Shown: piece by piece, positions 26,128 to 32,000 of the stretch | Layout: every line of letters starts with the position of its first letter | Numbering within the stretch: position 1 is the first letter of the stretch | Source of the DNA: Acetohalobium arabaticum DSM 5501 | GTDB lineage: Bacteria > Bacillota > Halanaerobiia > Halobacteroidales > Acetohalobiaceae | Assembly: GCF_000144695.1 (NCBI RefSeq) | Contig: NC_014378.1 | Coordinates: 1,335,833 to 1,367,832 of the forward strand | Length of the DNA stretch: 32,000 bases | Direction: 5' to 3' | Notes under the pieces: generated by a model | Seen by the model: the letters and a program-made list of their open reading frames with translations, nothing else | Database searches by the model: none | Told to the model about the DNA's origin: nothing | Translations under genes and position numbers: made by a program

Positions 26128-27333
26128 TTAAAGACTAAACTGATCATCATCAACCAGAAGCTTCTTTACACCTACTGCTTCTGTCTTCTCTTTTTCTGCA
26201 GTCCTATTAGATTCAACCTCTCTACACTCCGGCTCTCTATAAGCCACAATATCACCTTCATAATTCCTCAATATTGTCTTCTGGCTAGAAGAAGAAATTA
26301 CATAATTAGGGCTTATGGGAATTTTACCTCCTCCACCAGGAGCATCTACTACATAACGCGGTACTGCAAATCCTGAAGTATGACCGATAAGTGACTCTAT
26401 AATCTCGATTCCAGTAGAAATCGATGTTCTAAAATGCTCAATACCACGCGAAAGATCACACTGATAAAGATAATAAGGACGAACCCGGTTTGCAACTAAT
26501 TTATGCATTAAATCTTCCATTACTGCCGGTGAATCATTTATATTCCGCAACAGTACCGTCTGATTACCGAGCGGAAATCCATTATCAGCTAGTTTAGCTA
26601 AAGCTTTTTTAGATCTAGAAGTTATTTCTTTTTTATGATTAAAGTGAGTATTAATCCAGAGCGGCGAATACTTCTTTAATCTAGCAATTAATTCATCATC
26701 TATCCGCTGTGGTAAAACTACAGGCACTCTGCTGCCTAATCGGACAATCTCTACATGAGGAATTTCCTTTAATCTAGCAATAATCTTTTCCAATTTATCA
26801 AGATCCAATAGTAAAGGATCGCCTCCTGATAAGAGAACATCCCTTACCTGAGGATTATTTTTGATATACTCAATTCCAGCCTGAATCTGATCAAAATCAT
26901 CCTGGGTATTACCATCCCCGACCTTTCTTTTGCGGGTGCAGTGACGGCAGAACATAGAACAGTAATTGGTTACCATCAATAATACTCGATCCGGATACCG
27001 ATGTGTTAATCCCGGAACCGGCGAATCCTCCTCTTCATGAAGTGGATCCTCCATTTCATACTCATACTCCTCTAATTCTTCCTTCTGCGGAACCGCCTGC
27101 AGCTTAATTGGACATAACTCATCATCAAAATCAATTAATGAAGCATAATAAGGAGTAATAGACATCGGAAAAATCTTCGCCGCTTCTTTAATCTCTTCTG
27201 CCTGCTGATCATCAATATCAAAATACTGCTGTAATTCATCAGCTGTAGTAATGCTATTTTTAAGCTGCCAGCGCCAGTCCTCCCATTCTTCTTTACTACA
27301 GTCCCAAACTTCTAACTTCTCTGCTAAATCCAC
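26128..27333 (-). CDS. ablA: Lysine 2,3-aminomutase (radical SAM, KamA/AblA)
   Basis: 401 aa. Radical [15 protein letters not shown]. KamA-family blocks [46 protein letters not shown] start per the track. Confidence 0.85.
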
Positions 27334-27844
27334 TTTCTCATACCACTCCCTACTGATATTTTGTGAATAATATCACAAGATAAAGTGAGCATATTAAATC
27401 ACTAATAACTTACTACTAAAATATCATGAAAAATTAATTAAACCCTAAATATTAAAATCAAACAATAGTAAATTAAGATAGGAAAGAAATTAATTTAGGG
27501 CTTATGCAAAGGAAAGAAATTACAGAAGTAAGCTTCCAATTCAACTTCGAAAGCATTGTAACAAACTTAGATTGGTTTGTCAAACTTAAATTGAAATTAG
27601 ATAATGTTAATTTATTACAAGAATTACCATAAATAACTATACACTAATAAGATTAATTTTTATCTGAATAATTTTAACGATTTAACTTAAAATTCATAAT
27701 TTTCTCTTTATATATAATTTGACAAATAATAATATAACTGATATAATCAGGATAAATTAAGTAAATAAGTTAATAATTTTATAGTTAAATACTACTAGCT
27801 TCTATTATTCAACATTATAAATTAAATGAAATTTTCTATAGTTA

Positions 27845-28140
27845 CATCTTTTATTCATACCTTGTGAACTACTCGGCATTGAAATACCGAGCTTCATGGT
27901 CGCCTGCTTTTATGGGAGTTACCCGTAATATCAAGCAAGTTACCCAATTGGCGTGTCCAACGTCACTACTCCTATCTAGCATAAGTGCTAGACTCAGAGA
28001 TACTTTTACTCTGCTCAAGATAGAAGTGTAAGCACCTCTATAAGTGCTTACTAGAAGATTTAGTGTCTTCTATCTACAACGAGCACCCTGAATATTTTAC
28101 ACAGTAGAGGTTTAGCTACTGCAACCTCCAATATTCACTT
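27845..28140 (-). ncRNA. Candidate structured RNA or group II intron 5' relic (element D) in an AT-rich spacer
   Basis: A clearly GC-richer block with nested stems:
- AGATAGAAG at 28019-28027 pairs with CTTCTATCT at 28067-28075.
- That stem encloses GTAAGCAC...GTGCTTAC.
- TCTAGCA-taag-TGCTAGA lies at 27975-27992.
- GAGGTT...AACCTC lies near 28107-28129.

On the minus strand from 27966, GUGACGUUGG...ACGGGUAACUCCCAUAA resembles the 5' parts of elements A-C. Confidence 0.3.
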
Positions 28141-28301
28141 GTAATCCATATTCAAATTATAACAAATTATGAAGCAAATATCAATTGTTTAAATTAATAT
28201 TTGCTAATCCTTATATCTCCCATTTGAAAAAGGGAGGGTTACGGATTATTTCCTAAAATTTCAAAAATGATTTAAAGGAAAAGGAGGGGATATATGTATA
28301 G

Positions 28302-28342
28302 ATAAAATTATAATAATATTCTGAATATTATTATAATTTTAT
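28302..28342. promoter_or_regulatory. Perfect 41-bp AT-rich palindrome upstream of the Rh-type channel gene
   Basis: ATAAAATTATAATAATATTC-t-GAATATTATTATAATTTTAT, about 190 bp upstream of ATG 28530. Confidence 0.5.
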
Positions 28343-28529
28343 CTTCTACTATGTATGATAGCTAAAAGAAGGAGAAATCTGGCTATCAAGAGAAAAGTGG
28401 ATAAAAACGAGTAGGGATGTGGCTACTCATCTAAATTCCTTTTTTAATGACTGATGCTGACTATCATTTGGATGGCCCCATCCATATAAGATGGGACATT
28501 ACTACTGCTATCAATAGGAGGTCTGATTA

Positions 28530-29681
28530 ATGAAAAGTAAAATAAAAAATAAGTTGGTTAGTAAGTCAATTATATTCTGTCTTCTTTTTCTTTTCGTTGC
28601 TTCCACGACTACTTATGCTGTTGAAGAAAGTACAGCAGAATTATTTCAATATCATCGCGGCCAAGATGTCTTTTTTATGTTTATGTTAGTTGCATTTTTA
28701 ATGTTATTTATTAAAAAATTTGAATGGGGAGTCTGTTTAGTAACCTTACTTACTTTGTCTGTTGCCTTTCCACTTTATGTAATAATCCAGAGGAATTTAT
28801 TTGATTTTAGCTTAGGAATTGAATTAATAATAACAGGAATCTTCTGTGCAATTACATTAATAATTGCTGCTGGAGTAATCTTTGGTCATGTTAAAATTTG
28901 GCATTTTATACCTTTAGGAATCTTATTTGTACCAGGTTATATACTGAATGAATGGTTTTTATTTAGTTATTTAGAAGGGGTTGCTGATAGTGGAGGTTCA
29001 ATCTTAGTTCATATGTTTGCTGCTTATTGGGGTTGGGGAGTAATCTTGGCTTTACAGCGAAGAGATGTTAATCAAGCAGAGATGAATGCTACTACACATA
29101 GTATTTCTTTTGTCTGGTTAGCTAGTATGTTATTATGGGTATTATGGCCATCCTTCACTACTTCACTTTTACCTACTGATTTAATTATTACAGGTATGAC
29201 AACTACTTATTTAGCCTTGATGGCTTCTACTTTAACTGCTTTTTTAGTCTTGAAGTGGATTAAAGGAGAACTTGATCCTTTGATTTATACTTATGCTATT
29301 TTGGCTGGCGGTGTAGCTATTGGTTCTACCGTTGATCTTGTTGGCCCGGGAACTGCTTGGTTGATAGGAGCTGCTGGTGGAATTATTTCCGTTTTATGTT
29401 TTCTTTATCTTGATGATTGGTTGGCTAATAAAACTAACCTTACTGATACAATGGGAGTTAATAATTTACACGGCATACCAGGGATTTTTGGTGGACTGAT
29501 GGGGATTCCTTTTGCAGGTAGTGTTCAAATTTATGCTATTGCGGGTGGAATTATTATACCATTAGTTACTGGTCTAATTGCTGGAATTATTGTTAAGATT
29601 TTCGAAAAACCACAGCTACTGCTTGATGATGCTGAAATCTTTGATATAAATATTGATTTAGAAAGAACACAGCAGATGTAA
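28530..29681 (+). CDS. Amt/Rh-family ammonium (or CO2) channel, Rh-like subtype
   Basis: 383 aa, about 11 TM helices. Twin-His signatures are in the Rh-style context: DSGGSILVHMFAAYWGWG and NNLHGIPGIFGG. SD AGGAGG. Confidence 0.65.
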   Translation: MKSKIKNKLVSKSIIFCLLFLFVASTTTYAVEESTAELFQYHRGQDVFFMFMLVAFLMLFIKKFEWGVCLVTLLTLSVAFPLYVIIQRNLFDFSLGIELIITGIFCAITLIIAAGVIFGHVKIWHFIPLGILFVPGYILNEWFLFSYLEGVADSGGSILVHMFAAYWGWGVILALQRRDVNQAEMNATTHSISFVWLASMLLWVLWPSFTTSLLPTDLIITGMTTTYLALMASTLTAFLVLKWIKGELDPLIYTYAILAGGVAIGSTVDLVGPGTAWLIGAAGGIISVLCFLYLDDWLANKTNLTDTMGVNNLHGIPGIFGGLMGIPFAGSVQIYAIAGGIIIPLVTGLIAGIIVKIFEKPQLLLDDAEIFDINIDLERTQQM

Positions 29682-29867
29682 ATAAACTTTTGTCCTAAAT
29701 CCCTAAAAGATGGCTATCTTTTAGGGATGTTATTAATTTACATAAATTACAGTTTTATTTCGTGGTAGCTAAAAATCAAACAGTAGTTTTTTGATTATTT
29801 CTGGATAAAAAAATTCAAATTTGGAAGCATAAATATAGACCTATAAATATAAGGAGGTAATCTAAAT

Positions 29868-30080
29868 ATGAGTGAAGAAATGGGAGAAATAGCCTGTAAC
29901 GTCAGCAACTGCGAATACTGGGGGAATGGCAATATCTGTACAGCAGATAAGATTAGCGTCAGCACCGACTCTTATACTGGTGAAACTGCTGATATGGAGA
30001 TCGGAGCAATTGATGATGAAGTAGCATCACCTAAATCACAGCAGACTCAATGTGTTACTTTTAAACCAACAGATGAATAA
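29868..30080 (+). CDS. DUF1540-family small Cys-rich protein
   Basis: 70 aa. Contains IACNVSNCEYWGNGNICTADKISV and QCVTF, as in DUF1540 repeats. SD AAGGAGG. Confidence 0.6.
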   Translation: MSEEMGEIACNVSNCEYWGNGNICTADKISVSTDSYTGETADMEIGAIDDEVASPKSQQTQCVTFKPTDE

Positions 30081-30094
30081 TTAAAATAGACTTA

Positions 30095-30122
30095 AATAAA
30101 GGTGGAATTAATTCCACCTTTA
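30095..30122. terminator. Bidirectional terminator
   Basis: ATAAAGGTGGAATTAATTCCACCTTTAT palindrome between convergent genes. Confidence 0.75.
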
Positions 30123-30125
30123 TAT

Positions 30126-31301
30126 TTAATCAGCTTCTACTGTGATAATTTCTGCTTCCTTAACTGCTTCTTCTATTAACCTTTCTACTTCTAGATCCTC
30201 TTCTCCATACTCCACAAAACGCAGTTTAGGCTTGGTCTCCGGACTATCAGGTACAAAAATAGTACAACAGTCATCATAGGGCTGAATAGAAATTTCATAC
30301 GTACCAATCTCTTTTGCTCTGGCTTTAATTTCATTCTTATCCAACCCGATTAACGGTCTAAATACTGGCATCTGAGCAACAGCATTAGTCACATTCATAC
30401 TCTCTAATGTCTGGCTGGCCACCTGTCCTATACTCTCACCAGTAATTAAGGCCTTCCCTTCATTATTATTAGTTATTCTTTCAGCTATTCTCATCATCAT
30501 TCTCCGCATAATCACTGTTAATAGCTTCTCTGGACACTTTTCATTAAGCGCCTTCTGTACTTCAGTAAAAGGTACTATTCTAACCTGTAAGCTGCCGCCA
30601 GCATACTCTGCTAACACCCGACTTAGATCAAGTACCTTCTCTTTAGCCCGGCTACTGGTAAATGGAGGTGTATGGAAATAGATCGGCATAATCTCTACGC
30701 CCCGCTTCATAGCCATCCAGCCCGCTACAGGACTATCAATTCCACCGGACAGAAGCAGGCCAGCCTTACCACAGCTGCCTACTGGCAGACCCTTGACCCC
30801 TGGAAGATCACTAGCATATAGATAGGCCTGCTTATGCCTGATCTCCACATCTAACTGGATATCAGGATCATGGACATCCACAGTCAAATCTTCAGTATTC
30901 CGCAGTATATAAGCCCCTAATTTCCGACTAATCTCCATAGAGTCGTACTGAAAATCCTTATTAATCCGCCTTGTCTCCACCTTAAAAGTCCGCGGCTTAC
31001 CTGATAGTTCCCTTTCAATCAATTCTAAACCAGCGTTCTTAATTTTTTCAAAATCAAGCTCTGTCTCTTTTGCCGAACAGACACCTACAATTCCAAATAC
31101 CTTCTGTAGTCTTTCTCTTATCCGTTCAAAGCTGCCTTCTGCTTCCACAAAAACGCGGCCGTGGGTCTTATAAATATCGACCTCTTTATTGATTCCGCTT
31201 AGACTTTCCTCCATATTCCTAATCAATCTATCCTCAAAGAGATAGCGATTACTACCTTTAATTCCTATCTCTCCATACTTAATTAAGATTAAATCCTTCA
31301 T
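30126..31301 (-). CDS. thiI: tRNA 4-thiouridine(8) synthase / thiamine sulfur-transfer protein ThiI
   Basis: 391 aa. THUMP-type N-terminus and PP-loop LLLSGGIDSPVAGW. No rhodanese extension. It is immediately downstream of a cysteine desulfurase gene. Confidence 0.9.
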   Translation of the reverse strand: MKDLILIKYGEIGIKGSNRYLFEDRLIRNMEESLSGINKEVDIYKTHGRVFVEAEGSFERIRERLQKVFGIVGVCSAKETELDFEKIKNAGLELIERELSGKPRTFKVETRRINKDFQYDSMEISRKLGAYILRNTEDLTVDVHDPDIQLDVEIRHKQAYLYASDLPGVKGLPVGSCGKAGLLLSGGIDSPVAGWMAMKRGVEIMPIYFHTPPFTSSRAKEKVLDLSRVLAEYAGGSLQVRIVPFTEVQKALNEKCPEKLLTVIMRRMMMRIAERITNNNEGKALITGESIGQVASQTLESMNVTNAVAQMPVFRPLIGLDKNEIKARAKEIGTYEISIQPYDDCCTIFVPDSPETKPKLRFVEYGEEDLEVERLIEEAVKEAEIITVEAD

Positions 31302-31318
31302 TACTCTTCCTCCTAACT

Positions 31319-32000
31319 TTAACCAATAATCTTTCTTAACTCTGGTACTACCTCTGTTAATACATCAATCACATAATCTATTTCTTTTTTGGTATTCTCC
31401 GAAGATAGACTAAAGCGAATAGCCCCTTCCATAGCTTCATCATCCAAATCCATAGCCTGTAATACATGGCTAGGATCAGGAGTCTTCGATGAACAGGCAG
31501 ATCCAGTAGACGCATAGATATTCTTCTCTTCTAAGGCATGGATCAATACTTCACCTTTAAGTCCTCTAAAGGACAGATTTAAGATATGTGAAACTCCATC
31601 TTTAGGTTCCGGTCCATTGATCTGGACCCCTTTAAAATTATCAATAATTCCTTCGGCTAACCGCTCCTTTAACTGCTTCATATAAAAGGTATCTTCTTTA
31701 AAGCCATCCCTAATTAAATCAGCCGCTCGGCCAAAACCAACAATTCCCGGCACATTTTCAGTTCCGCCTCGATATTCCATCTCTTGGCCTCCGCCAGTAA
31801 GCTGCGGTTTTAATCTTATATCTTTATCTATATATAAAGCACCTACTCCCTTAGGGCCGTGGATTTTATGGCTGCTTAGGGATAATAAATCTATATTCGG
31901 TCTATTAACATCCAACTCTAACTTACCTAAAGCCTGGACTCCATCCACATGAAGATATAGCCTACTATCTCTGTACTCATTTATAATCTTTTCCACTTCA
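31319..32000 (-). CDS. Cysteine desulfurase (NifS/IscS class V aminotransferase), C-terminal part; 5' end beyond the window
   Basis: The frame is open to the window edge. Contains LSLSSHKIHGPKGVGALY (PLP-lysine motif) and ASTGSACSS (active-site Cys loop). Confidence 0.85.
   Translation of the reverse strand, partial: EVEKIINEYRDSRLYLHVDGVQALGKLELDVNRPNIDLLSLSSHKIHGPKGVGALYIDKDIRLKPQLTGGGQEMEYRGGTENVPGIVGFGRAADLIRDGFKEDTFYMKQLKERLAEGIIDNFKGVQINGPEPKDGVSHILNLSFRGLKGEVLIHALEEKNIYASTGSACSSKTPDPSHVLQAMDLDDEAMEGAIRFSLSSENTKKEIDYVIDVLTEVVPELRKIIG

Noticed and set aside
26128-27333. KamA as part of a lysine fermentation pathway rather than osmolyte synthesis.
   Set aside because: This is not excluded. 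It is judged less likely because the immediate downstream gene is an AblB-type GNAT and no beta-lysine mutase or downstream fermentation genes are nearby.
28225-28250. gggagggttacggatt resembles the 5' end of tmRNA (GGGG-CG-UUACGGAUUCGAC).
   Set aside because: No tag reading frame, no pseudoknots and no tRNA-like 3' end (…CCACCA context) follow. The surrounding sequence is AT-rich spacer.

Overview
AT-rich chromosomal window from a Gram-positive-type anaerobe. Encoded proteins are strikingly acidic, so a halophile of the Halanaerobiales/Clostridia type is my inference, not a demonstrated fact. About 30 genes are supported.

Core content:
- a TrmB-like regulator and a LysA-type decarboxylase
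- two paralogous orphan PAS histidine kinases
- a Lon-like protease
- a cell-wall cluster (M23 peptidase, LysM-deacetylase, amidase)
- a thermonuclease, two Hsp20 genes and an SDH/Clp-fold protease
- ablA-ablB (N-epsilon-acetyl-beta-lysine osmolyte genes)
- an Rh-type channel, a DUF1540 protein, thiI and a NifS/IscS fragment

Two regions stand out.

1. 17905-20845 (minus strand) is a methylamine methyltransferase operon. Its first gene is split by the ORF track into two ORFs. It is really one dimethylamine methyltransferase (MtbB) reading frame with a single in-frame UAG at 19805-19807. That position and context are what is expected for a pyrrolysine codon. A corrinoid protein and a tetrahydrofolate-type (MeTr/AcsE-like) methyltransferase follow it.

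2. 3969-10245 is an accessory island wedged between the two paralogous kinases. It holds a head-to-tail array of three group II intron-derived elements:
- one intact intron with an RT/maturase
- one derivative with the RT deleted, in which a PD-(D/E)XK nuclease-like ORF sits downstream of domain V
- one roughly 200-nt mini relic

The island also carries an orphan FG-GAP-like membrane protein, three direct repeats and a 5'-truncated Cas4/RecB-like nuclease gene.

Other oddities:
- a structured, GC-richer island in a 1.2 kb AT-rich spacer
- a MITE-like inverted-repeat element
- a nitrilase-family pseudogene
- a perfect 41-bp palindrome upstream of the Rh gene

No rRNA, tRNA (including pylT) or CRISPR array was seen.
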